Assembly: GCF_964213995.1 (NCBI RefSeq)
Contig: NW_027590198.1
Span: 186,001 to 250,000 of the forward strand
DNA from: Mustelus asterias
Taxonomy: Eukaryota
Length of the DNA: 64,000 nt
Reading direction: 5' to 3'
Position 1 is the stretch's first letter, and every line of letters begins with the position of its first letter. This document shows positions 1 through 11,309 of the stretch, piece by piece. Both the position numbers and the translations under genes were made by a program. The notes beneath the pieces are model-generated. The model saw nothing but the letters and a program-made list of their open reading frames with translations. It was not told where the DNA came from and searched no databases.

Positions 1-512
1 GAATCCGTGTCTCTTCAATTAGAGTCTTGTCCTCGGTCTCTTGGATTACAAGTCCATTGACAATCCCACTGCCTCCCCTTGAAAGAGTGTTTCTTTCTAT
101 TTTGAAGTAACACAGTGAGCGAGATGGCCTTGATGTCAGCTTTTTTCCTGAGACGGCTGGTAAGATTTGGAGAAACAGTTGGTGTTGGACTGTTTCACAG
201 GTCACAGCGTAGGGCTAAAATGTTGGAAAGTGCATTCACCCTAATAATTAATCAATGACAAGTGCTGTGTTCCTGAGTTGGGGCATGGTTGGGAATGCTG
301 CAATGCTGATTCATGAGAATGATACCGCTGCTAAAATATTTTAATAAAGAGAATAATTTCACAGAACAAGCTGGTTTTCCATCGTCTATAGAAGTTTAAA
401 GGCGATACTTAGAGGTTAATATCACGAAAGCGACTTTTTCTGCTTTAGGGTGAATACTGCTGTCCTGCTTCTGAAGAGGGAACTTGGGTTGATTTTCATT
501 TGTCATTTACAG

Positions 513-821
513 ATCCTTCCCAGTGCCATGATCAAACAGTGACGATACAGCCACCACCAATAGAACAGGTCCTACTGGAGGCAACAGTGACCTTAACCTG
601 CATCATTTCTAATGCTCCTTATGGAGTCAACGTGTCCTGGATCCGAGACAGGAAGTATTTGAAATCAGAGATTGCCGAAAAGCCAGGAGCGGATCCTGAC
701 AGCGTGGTCAGCAAATTAAACATCTCGACAGAAGCCTGGCTGAGTGCGGCTGTGTTTCACTGTGTGGTGAGCCATCAGGATCTACCGACTCCTTTAAGAA
801 AATCCATCCACAAGGAAACAG
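513..821 (+). CDS. IGHM: IgM heavy chain constant exon Cmu3
   Basis: ttacag acceptor at 511-512 and G|gtgagc donor at 822, phase 1. C1-set domain [30 protein letters not shown]...VNVSW...[22 protein letters not shown]. Confidence 0.93.
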
Positions 822-1317
822 GTGAGCTGAGAGATTGAAGCAATAAATGCGTCACTGTGTCTATTTCCAGTGTCAGTGTACTGGTCAATATTCAGTATTC
901 AGTGCATTAATGGTGTCCCCTGAGTGGAAACTCCACTAACTAAAGACTCTGGTCCTGCAGATAGTTTTACGGGGAAATTTGATGTGTTGATGAATGAAAA
1001 GTGAACTGAAGGCGATGTTATTGGATTTAGATCGAATAAGGAGGGAGGAGCCTGATGTGGAGCATGAAAACCAATAAAAAAGCAGATCAGTTGGGCCGAA
1101 GAGCCTGATTCAGTGCTGTAAACTTTCTGAAACTTTCCCAGTCCAACCCGCTGAGTTATTTGAGAAAACAATTGCGTTCACCTCTCCTCCAAGCTGGAAG
1201 TCAAAAATGGAAACATTTAAAATCGAAAGCGAAGCACATTTTTCTGATACCCAGCCAGCAGTTTCATTGTCTCCAGAATCCTCCAGTTTATTGACATTTA
1301 TTGTACTTTTTCTGCAG

Positions 1318-1709
1318 ATCCAAATCCGCGGGAACCGTTCGTCTCTGTCCTCCTGCCCTCGGCAGAAGAAGTCTCCGCTCAGAGATTCGTCTCCCTCAGC
1401 TGCTTAGTGAGACGTTTCTCCCCGCGAGAGATCTTCGTCAAGTGGACCGTCAACGACAAGCCGGTGAATCCTGGGAACTACAGGAACACCGAGGTGGTCG
1501 CGGAGAGCGGGAATAGCTCCTTCTTCATGTACAGCCTGTTATCCATTGCAGCAGAGGAGTGGTCCAGCGGTGCTTCTTACTCCTGTGTGGTGGGACATGA
1601 AGCCATCCCCTTGAAGATCATCAACAGAACAGTTGATAAATCCAGCGGTAAACCCAGTTTTGTGAACATTTCCCTTGCACTGATGGACACCGTTAATTCA
1701 TGTCAATGA
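1318..1709 (+). CDS. IGHM: IgM Cmu4 exon plus secretory tailpiece
   Basis: tctgcag acceptor. [15 protein letters not shown]...[17 protein letters not shown]...[23 protein letters not shown] followed by tailpiece [20 protein letters not shown] with the N-glycosylation site and penultimate Cys typical of elasmobranch IgM. Internal donor G|GTAAAC after 1647 serves the membrane form. Confidence 0.95.
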
Positions 1710-1736
1710 GAATCATTCGCGAACATTAAAAACTTC

Positions 1737-1751
1737 AATAAAAATAATAAA
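1737..1751 (+). terminator. Secretory-form polyadenylation signals
   Basis: AATAAA at 1737-1742 and 1746-1751, just after the stop at 1709, followed by a T-rich tract at about 1798-1835. Confidence 0.8.
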
Positions 1752-2499
1752 ATATTTTTCCTCTAACGATAAATGAAATAGCCAAACGCTTAATTGATTG
1801 TTTTTCAGTTTTACTTCCATTAGATATCTTTGGTTTGAGTCAGATATTTTCAGGTCTCAGGCCCAAGTCTTGTTGAACCAGTGCACCCAGCTCAGATACA
1901 CCCTGTGTTCGAGACAGAGTAGAGCACATTCATTACAAGATTCTGCAAAATATCTTCACCGACTTTCCTCCCTGAGGAAAAATCCGACAATTTGAACATT
2001 TCTGACAAACGAACACAACATTTAGATCTCGGTGTTCCTGCTTCTCTCGTTGTCCATGCCTTTACGCATTGATGTCATATTTAAGCTGCTGCACACACCC
2101 ACTGGAGTGAGGGTCACACAGAAACATGGAGCAATAATCCCCCCATCAGAGAGAGGGAGAATGAAATTGTGAACATACCGGATTCCTACTCACCCAATAA
2201 AGAGAGGGGAGGAGCAGTAGCTAACCCATGTACCATCACTTCCTCAATGAAAAGAGGAGGAATGGCCTTATTTAATCCACAGTACCTCCACCTCCTCAGT
2301 GGTTAGAACCATCAGGGACATTGCTTCACCAGGTAGAGAGAGGGAAACTATGAGCTCACTCTCCTCACTCTCCCCAAGTAGCGTGTTTGGAAGGGAACGG
2401 CTCTCTACTATAAGGACTCAGTTGTCAACAGTACAAATTAGCTTCCGTTTACTTGCTGCAGATTTTGAAGTATCATTATCAAAGTGTCATTGAAGTATA

Positions 2500-3412
2500 T
2501 AATACACATATACTTATATATATATATATATATAAATATTATATATATATATATATATCTATATATGTGTGTGTGTGTGTACTTATATACATATATACTT
2601 ATGCAACATAATTTAAAAATGTTGCCACACTCTTGTTCCTGTTAATCATGTGCTGGAATTGATTTCCCAGAATACAAATTTAAACAAATAATAGAATCCT
2701 CCCCAGTTTTCACTGTTCTGTCACTGAGGTTTCTGAGATGCATCAATGAATTATTTCATTCGCTCTCCTGATATCACCGTGCCACTCACATAAAAGAAAT
2801 TTATACAGCAAACACTGAAAATGTGCTCCATTATTCATATTGTTTGGATTATGTTCAGTTAATGATTGCCGGTGAAACTTGAAGCAACAGTTAAAAAATA
2901 CACACACTGACAATACCGCACAGAACTGTCACAATTATAAATACACACATGGGCGTACACATACACACACACACACACAGACACACACACACATCGACAC
3001 AAATGCACAAATACACGCACAAATACACATACTCACAAATATGCACACAAATGCAGAAAGACACATGTAAATACACACACACAAATGCATGCACATATAC
3101 AGAAATACGGACAGGCGCATTCAAATACAGACATAGAAGCACACATACACAGCACATACACATGCACAGAACACACAGATGCATGCATACACACAGATAC
3201 ACTTTCACACACCATAGGTACATGCAATACTTGCACAAACGTACACACATGCAGAGAAACAAGAATGCGCACACAAATGCACTCATGGACAACGCAGGCA
3301 CAAACAAAAATACACACACAAATACACACAGACACAAATACACCCACACAAAAATACACCCATACATAAATACATCCGTACACAAATATACATAGGCACA
3401 CACACATATTCC

Positions 3413-3452
<40 letters not shown>

Positions 3453-4320
3453 GACACACACGGATACATAGACTCGCGCTTGGACAGTCACTAAAACAAC
3501 AACATACGTAGATAATCAAATATGTACAAACGCACACATATACACATAAAACACACAAGTACATACACATTCACATACTTGAGTAGGTACACAGACCCAA
3601 ATACAAACACATACATGCAGAGACACAATACAGACAGATACACACGCATGCAGACCCACATAAATACACAAGCACATACATCATCTCAAATAAATACATA
3701 TATTAGCACACATTCACGCTGACAGGAATATAGATATAAAGACGCACAATGTTATACACATTAACAAACATACATGGAAATATATATAAACAAATTAGCA
3801 GACTGCATATAGATGAACAGACTGCAAAACATTTACACGCAAACATGTGGACGCAAACATTAACATGCTCATACAGAACAGAACACCATAGCACACATTA
3901 CTACACATCGAAACACGAACATACATCAACACACCGTTATAAAGAACTATCAACACGTATATACATGTACTGACCTGTTAACAGACATGCACACAGAAAC
4001 ACACGGAGAGACAGACGCACACAGAAAGGGAAACAAACATTACTAGAGTCACAGAAATTAACACATAGCAATAGGCATAAACACACGTGCGCCCATTAAG
4101 AATGGCATTAATACATATTCATAGACTTCACACAATAATAGAGTCATACATACACAATGACAGAAGAATAAAATATACACACAGATGCAGACAACTTCAC
4201 AAATCAACAACCATAGGCAAATGAACAAGTACCTTAACACTGTTGCACACATATTAACTCAGAGCCAAGAATAATGCAGACCAGGAGATGCTCATGCACA
4301 CGCACACAAACGCATGATCT
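2500..4320. repeat. (TA)n/(CA)n/(CT)n microsatellites and degenerate CA-rich low-complexity tract in the Cmu4-TM1 intron
   Basis: Visible dinucleotide runs; the ORFs here are HT/CV-rich artefacts. Confidence 0.9.
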
Positions 4321-4873
4321 TAAATACAAATGGTAGGCAAATGATGAATGTAAAATTTAAAGGTGATTTTTTAATGCACATATCCACAGATTAACTATCC
4401 AAATGTACAATGAACAGACAAACACGTTGAGAAGCTGAATTAAGCTCATGATCTATTTCCACCATAAAGAAGCACAGATCGGAAATTACATCCCAACTCT
4501 TAAACAACAACATTTAGTTTATAAATCAGTAACCATCTGTGAAAACAATCATTGATCAGTGAACGATATCAGTCATAACATTGTTCAATAAGGGATAGTG
4601 GCAAATAGTTCAAAAATAAACTGATACTCAATTAAACATCTTCAGTGTTTTCTGACATGGACTGTCCAAGGAATGTCAATAAAGATCAGGTGTGAAAATA
4701 GTTACGGAGATCGGTTACTGAGTGTCCTGAATTTAACAGTAGATATACATTGAAAATTAAATTCGAGATTAAATGAACAGCTTAAAAAGGAGAACGGGGA
4801 ACATAAAAATAACAATAAGATCACCTGGATAAATAAAGTAATCTAATTTCACTTCCTGGTCTCCGTCCCCTAG

Positions 4874-5001
4874 ACTCCATCGACCGCGTCTGGATTGACG
4901 ACAATGAGGATGATAACAGCAACATCTGGACAACCGCTTCTACATTCATCGTGCTGTTCTTCCTGAGCATTTTCTACAGCACTGCGGTCACTCTGGTGAA
5001 G
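4874..5001 (+). CDS. IGHM: IgM transmembrane exon TM1
   Basis: cccctag acceptor and AAG|gtgaga donor. [43 protein letters not shown] matches the conserved membrane-Ig CART motif and is in phase with the Cmu4 internal donor. Confidence 0.95.
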
Positions 5002-5141
5002 GTGAGATGATTCAATTCACTCACATTCCAAACTGGCAGAATGGATTTGAAAAAATTCTCAATGTTTCGCTGATTAAAAACTCTAACATTAATGTCCCGC
5101 ATCATCAACATCTGCTTCATTATTGTATCTTTCTTTTACAG

Positions 5142-5150
5142 ATCAAATGA
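5142..5150 (+). CDS. IGHM: IgM TM2 exon (I-K-stop) followed by 3'UTR
   Basis: ttcttttacag|ATC AAA TGA. Candidate AATAAA at 5604-5609. Confidence 0.85.
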   Translation: MK

Positions 5151-5781
5151 TGGGTTGAATTTTGGAAGCTGCAGATTTCCCTCAGCTGATTATCAAGATC
5201 TCTGTATGGATCAAATACAATATCTGCTCTCGGTGACTCTATCAGTAAAATTCTCTCAGTTTATCATTCTGAATCCGTAACTGAGGCAATCATAGACGTT
5301 AATTCAGTTTTCAGTGTGAAATGTACGAGGCATTTTTTGTTATAATGTAATTGTGGTTAATAGTTTCCCCGTAGTTTAAAGATCATGTATAAATAAGAAA
5401 CTTTTCTCGCTCCTTATTCACATTTGATAATTCCTCTTTCTATTAAGGTCCTGTTTTCTCTTTCTGGTGTATGTAACAGATGTACAGATACTGACGGATT
5501 CCTTGTGCATCTGTTCTGTTCTCAATGTGAAGCTCGATCGTTATGTTCACTTTTCTAACTTTAAAAGAATAATGTTGCTGTAAAATATTCTCTGAATTTT
5601 TAAAATAAATATTGAATGAAATTTTAACCATCTCTGGCTTGGCTTAATTCCGTTCTCCAAAACACGTCAACTCCGCCCCATTTTCCCTATTACACGGTTT
5701 CCCCTCTTTCCCAGATCGGGATTTTCCCCAGTCATGTGTGGGATGTGGTTGAACTCAATGCCCTTTCGTGAAAGAGTCACT

Positions 5782-5795
5782 GCGCCACCCAGTGG
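5782..5795 (-). promoter_or_regulatory. CTCF-like motif 3' of IgM
   Basis: Reverse strand reads CCACTGGGTGGCGC, close to the core CCAC/GYAGRKGGCRC. Confidence 0.5.
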
Positions 5796-6451
5796 CCCAT
5801 CCGTGTAAATACACCTTCATCGCTGCCTTTTTATGATAAAATCCAGATACAGAATGAATGAATAATGAGGAGAACCGCGGTGATTTCAAGCATAAACTGG
5901 TCTGTCACTGACGAGTTTCAGGTAATTCTAAACAGCAAAACGCTCATTCATTCGAGGCCGATGCAGGACAGTGTGTGGCAGAAGATAGTTTCCTATACAC
6001 TGTCCCTTAAAAACACTATCAGTGTCGCTGCAGCGTGGGTTAACAGAGTGTATCTCTCTATATATCGTCCGATGAAATACTTCCCAGGCAGGCAAACCAC
6101 AAGCTAGATAGAGAACACAAACAGAACAGATGTGCAAACCATGGGGTGAAACCAAGAGAATGAGGTGTATTTCACATAAGCACATCATTGATTGCAAATT
6201 TCCAAATTATGACTAATGTTGTGGGATAATTTGAGATGACCAATACTGTCGTTAACTACAGACAATATAAAACTCACGAGGCAGGTATCTCTGTGTGAGG
6301 AGGTCAAAATGAACATTCCCACCGGCTCATTTCCAAAACTGGATAGACACGTGATCCTGAGTCCCAGTACGGTCTATTCTATGTCTAAACATTGAATGTC
6401 CCCATTCATAAAGTTGCAAAATGCGTTCCCTCGCCAGAAACTTTTAGATAT

Positions 6452-6563
6452 TAGAACATAGAACATAGAACATAGAACATAGAAAGCCACAGCACAAACA
6501 GGCCCTTCGGCCCACAAGTTGCGCCGATCACATCCCCACCTCTAGGCCTATCTATAGCCCTCA
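6452..6563 (-). mobile_element. Short CR1 3'-end fragment with (AGAACAT)n tail
   Basis: Four tandem agaacat units followed by the cagcacaaacaggcccttcggccc stem-loop shared with other CR1 ends in the window. Confidence 0.75.
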
Positions 6564-8624
6564 TATTAATTCTGCAACTACTAAGGTTCCCAGGCCATTG
6601 GCTCTCAACTCTTCGATTTGTCATCATACCTTACAGTGACGTGCTTTTGGTTGAAATGAACAATAATTCATTCAATACATAAATTACATTTAAAATATGA
6701 GCATATATGTTTTATAATCATAGTTATTTATTTAATTCTCTTATTGCATCCACATATTTGTAAAGTATTTGTTTCATTCCCATATTATCCTTGTTTCAAC
6801 AATCATTTAACTCTTTGTTTGTAGTGTCTTATGTATTCTGTCAAAAACCTTGTAAATTGATGAATAATTTTCCCCTTCAGTCGTATTTAAGATAACCACA
6901 TCATCGAATACAAATTTTCAAATTATGACTAGATTGGGATCTTTGGGATTGACCAGAGAGAAAAAAAACGCAGAAGTTTCAAAAAGCTGGGGCCCATTTG
7001 AAAAAAATAACTACTTATTTTCCGAGGCTGGGGCCTTCTGATACAGATGTTTCAGCTTCACAATTGGTTAAAACACACCAAGACAGATTTTTTCTCTTAC
7101 TGCTCCATGACATAAAAAAAGACTCCACTGCCCAGAAAACACACTGACTGTCTGGTTGTAGCCATTAAACGTCTCCCAGTGCCTTCTGTTTCTCGTATGC
7201 ATTTCTCCCTGATCAGATCCATTGCCCCTGATATTAATTCCCAGAATTCACTGAGCATCACCCTAGGGACCCCCTCTCCCTGTTCTGTTCTCTCTGACAC
7301 CATCCACCTGAAATCATGGAAATCCTATGGGATCTGCTTTGTTCCCATCTGCCATGTAATGTGCAATACTGGTTTGTAGATAACTTTTCTTCCGTTACTC
7401 CTCATATACCATATGTTAATTCTGAATGCTGCTGGATGAGATTGATGTTGTAAATGGCTTTATGTTTCTGACTTTACATGGCAACATATCTAGACCCATG
7501 ACCATCGGAATAGGTTTTGGGCGGCCCATCCCTGCATTCTCAGTGAACTGCAACTGACCCAAAACATTTGTTTCCAATGCTCTTACTGACGCCACACCCC
7601 GTTCACCCAGCAGCACTGTGCTTGCTGAGCTATTATGAACCATTGTCTAGTTACACTTCAATTTCAGTACTCCCTCCATAATGATCCACTACCTCGTTAG
7701 CCTCGTCAGCCTCCCCACCCCCTATCCTTGTAATATTCAGCACCCCTACAACTACCTGAAATGGTAACGTACATCTAAATTTGCCCTCCTGTTAATTCCA
7801 GATATTAACGATGCATCATTGCAGTTATCATTTTAGCTGCCCGGGCCCTATTCTCTGGAATTCGCATCTTCAACGTATAAGTTTTTCTCTCTCTTACTTT
7901 ATCTGAGATTTATTGAGATAACGTACTTCTTTGATCAAACATTTAGCACTCTTGAGTTCTATACATTTCTCTCGTTCAGTTGAACGGTTCACCCACACAG
8001 CGTGTGTACAATGTGACCATTACAATTTATATTCCTGCATTCTGGTAAACAATTTTTCAATAAACGTGAAGTGCAATATACTGAATTGCGTATTGTCATA
8101 TTTCATAATGCAAATGGAAGTAATGCACTCTTATTCACTAAACAAATGAGACTTTTTCACCACAAGAAAAATGAGTAATTTCGGCGAGATTCATCTCTTA
8201 CCTGGGACACTAATAGCAGCGAGTATAGGATAATAAACAGCATAAAGTGGTCAATTCTCTGGCCCATGCGTCGCCTTTCAGAAACTAATTGAATTCTGCA
8301 AGTTGCACATGCTATCTGCGCAAGAGCAAAATACACTCTCCTTTATACCAGGTGAGAGTCTCCTGAAGAACAGTTAAATTACAACATCCACTTCATTAAT
8401 AGGTCGGAGAACAAACAGATTAAACGATGATTTCATGCCTTTCATTTGTTACATTATTAACAAATGAACCCATTGCCGATGTGGGTGAATTGCTGTCTGC
8501 AGAATCTGCAGTCCCTCCTCGGCCCACACCGTCCTGGCATCTCCATCAATCAGAACCCCGTTTTATATACTGAGCTGAGGTCCCATCTCTGATGAAAAAG
8601 CATCTCTTCCGATCCTACCATAAT

Positions 8625-10052
8625 AACAAAGAACAAAGAACAATACAGCACAGGAACAGGACCTTCGGCCCTCCATGGCCGCGCCGCTCCCCGGTCCAGG
8701 ATTGAATCCTGAATCCAGGATCCCCGCCCAATTTTCCAGCCTATCTACATCCTAATATCCTATCCACCGAGCTGTCCCTCACAGCTACGATGCTTTGTTC
8801 ATCACAACCTATTAACTCACCCCCACCCCCCCATTCCAGACCATGTGATCTCCAGGGAGAGGCGAAAACACAGAGTGAAAACCCCAGGGCCAATATGGGG
8901 AAAAAAAAATCTGGGAAATTCCTCTCCGACCCCCTGAGGCGATCGAAACGAGTCCAGGAGATCACACTGGCCCTGATCAGAAAATGCTTCCCAACCCTAT
9001 TCATTTCCACTTCTGCTTTACGAACACCATCTGAATTCCCTGCCCCCGAGACAGGTTCCCAACTATCCGCAGTCTCGCTCTGTACTGGCACCAGCAAGAT
9101 GATCATAGAATGAAGCCTTGAAACGAGAAACAAGGAACAATTAGCCCGCGCCGCTCCCTGTTCCAAACTAGACCACTCTTTTGTATCCCTCCATTCCCAC
9201 TCCGTTCATATAGCTGTCGAGATAAGTCTTAAACGTTCCCAGTGTGTCCGCCTCCACCACCTTGCCCGGCAACACATTCCAGGCCCCCACGACCCTCTGT
9301 GTAAAATATGTCCTTCTGATATCTGTGTTAAACCTCCCCCCCTTCACCTTGAACCTCTGACCCCTCGTGAACGTCACCACCGACCCGGGGAAAAGCTTCC
9401 CACCGTTCACCCTATCTATGCCTTTCATAATTTTATACACCCCTATTAAGTCTCCCCTCATCCTCCGTCTTTCCAAGGAGAACAACCCCAGTTTCCCCAA
9501 TCTCTCCTCATAACCAAGCCCCTCCATACCAGGCAACATCCTGGTAAACCTCCTCTGTACTCTCTCCAAAGCCTCCACGTCCTTCTGGTAGTGTGGCGAC
9601 CAGAACTGGACGCAGTATTCCAAATGCGGCCGAACCAACGTTCTATACATCTGCAACATCAGACCCCAACTTTTATACTCTATGCCCCGTCCTATAAAGG
9701 CAAGCATCCCATATGCCTTCTTCACCACCTTCTCCACCTGTGACGTCACCTTCAAAGATCTGTGGACTTGCACACCCAGGTCCCTCTGCGTCTCTACACC
9801 CTTTATGGTTCTTCCATTTGTCGTGTAGCTCCTCCCTACATGATTCCCACCAAAATGCATCACTTCGCATTAATCAGGATTGAACTCCATCTGCCATTTC
9901 TTTGCCCAAATTTCCAGCCTATCTATATCCTTCTGTCGCCTCTGACAACGTTCCTCACTATCTGCAAGTCCTGCCAGTTTTGTGTCGTCCGCAAACTTAC
10001 TGATCACCCCAGTTACTCCTTCTTCCAGATCATTTATATAAATCACAAACAG
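8625..10052 (-). mobile_element. 5'-truncated young CR1 LINE (RT C-terminus plus long 3'UTR)
   Basis: ORF 9168-9863 [13 protein letters not shown]...; near-identical to the copies at 36.7 and 57.3 kb; aaagaac tail. Confidence 0.93.
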
Positions 10053-10739
10053 TGATTTATATAAACTATAATGTGCTTATAATTGGCGGATCAGTTGACG
10101 TGTTTGGCTTCTTTGTTAGCTTTCTGGTGTTTAGTGCTCTATAGTTATACAAAAATTTAAACAGATTTAAAATGGAACAATTTGAAGCAACTATTCGCTA
10201 ACATGGGAGGATGCATGAGGTGGAGACCATCGCATGCAAATACTGTGCTCTGTGGAAACACCACACCACTTTAGTTGTTCCGATAAACCACACACGTTGA
10301 AAGGGCTTTCAAATAGCCGACCATGAATTTAGGATTTCTAGTAAAGGAACAATTGAAACATGGCCTGCTGTATATAAATGAATTTATCGTCAGGGCAAGT
10401 AATTACCGATACATAGTTTAGAAGTATTAGCACCAAGTGCAGTGAAAATGGAGACACTGTTGACATAATATAGAAATTAACATTTTTAGTATAATAGTAA
10501 ACGAGAGAAAACCTCACGAAGTGCGAGCAGCACCAAGGTGTGATGGAGTATGATGGAATATATAAAGACATATTGTCCTCTTACAGTCATATCAGAGACA
10601 AGGTCGAGTGAAGTACAAATGCAGTCGTGGAAATTAATTGGCATCGAGCTCTTCAGCAACAAATGATCGTTCTGATGATTGAGCAAGGACCTAGTATCAT
10701 ATAAACGGAGAAATGGCCATGTCAGATAATTGACCTCAT

Positions 10740-11305
10740 GCTCACATGACCTTCCTAGACCTGCTGCAGTGCGTTACTGATGTCCAATGCACATTGGAAT
10801 AGCAACACTTTATCTTCCGTTTCAGAACACTGCAGCCGCCTGGATTCAACATTGAATTAAAGAACTATGGTTCGTAAACTTCCACCCTTAATTTTAACAC
10901 CCACCCCCAATATTTTTGGATTGTTGTTTGTTGATTTTCCGCTCCCTTGGCCTGCACCAATACAAGCAAATCCTTCCCCCAACTTAGCCCCCTGCCACTG
11001 TTTCGTAAGTTCCATCATTATTTATCTTACCTTTTGCCACCATTAACATTCTTTATCTCTCCATGGCAATATTAGGATTCCCCTTTGTCTTACGTCCAGG
11101 ATAAATTTGCCCACATTTACGCTGTGCCGAACTATCCATGTTTTTTTCTATTCTGCCCCGCCTCCTCCGCTTCCTTTCTGACAATATAATTTATTTTGTT
11201 CTGGCGAAAGATCATTTATATCTGACAGGTTAACTCTTTCTCTCGTCACAGAAACTGCCGGACGTGCTGAGCTTATCCAGCATTTTCGGTTTTTATTCCA
11301 GATCT
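10740..11305 (+). mobile_element. Degenerate Penelope-like element 3' end
   Basis: About 10795-10860 translates LE*QHFIFRFRTLQPPGFNIEL, like a GIY-YIG C-terminus. Decayed hammerhead-like gtt-ctggcga...aac at about 11198-11234, followed by a tail motif that recurs at about 19.15, 23.5, 45.6, 46.5, 48.5 and 50.4 kb. Confidence 0.55.
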
Positions 11306-11309
11306 CACA

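Noticed and set aside
2879-4252. Many long overlapping ORFs
   Set aside because: They are translations of CA/TG low-complexity sequence in an intron.
2500-4320. Possible switch-region analogue
   Set aside because: It is CA-rich with no visible AGCT/WGCW clustering, and it lies in the Cmu4-TM intron rather than upstream of a C gene.
8108-8115. Perfect octamer ATGCAAAT 3' of IgM (possible 3' enhancer)
   Set aside because: About two such 8-mers are expected by chance in 64 kb (another is at 25388), and there is no convincing motif cluster.
8741-9166. ORFs recurring in the CR1 3'UTR cassette
   Set aside because: Frames differ between the three copies because of indels; recurrence reflects DNA identity, not coding constraint.
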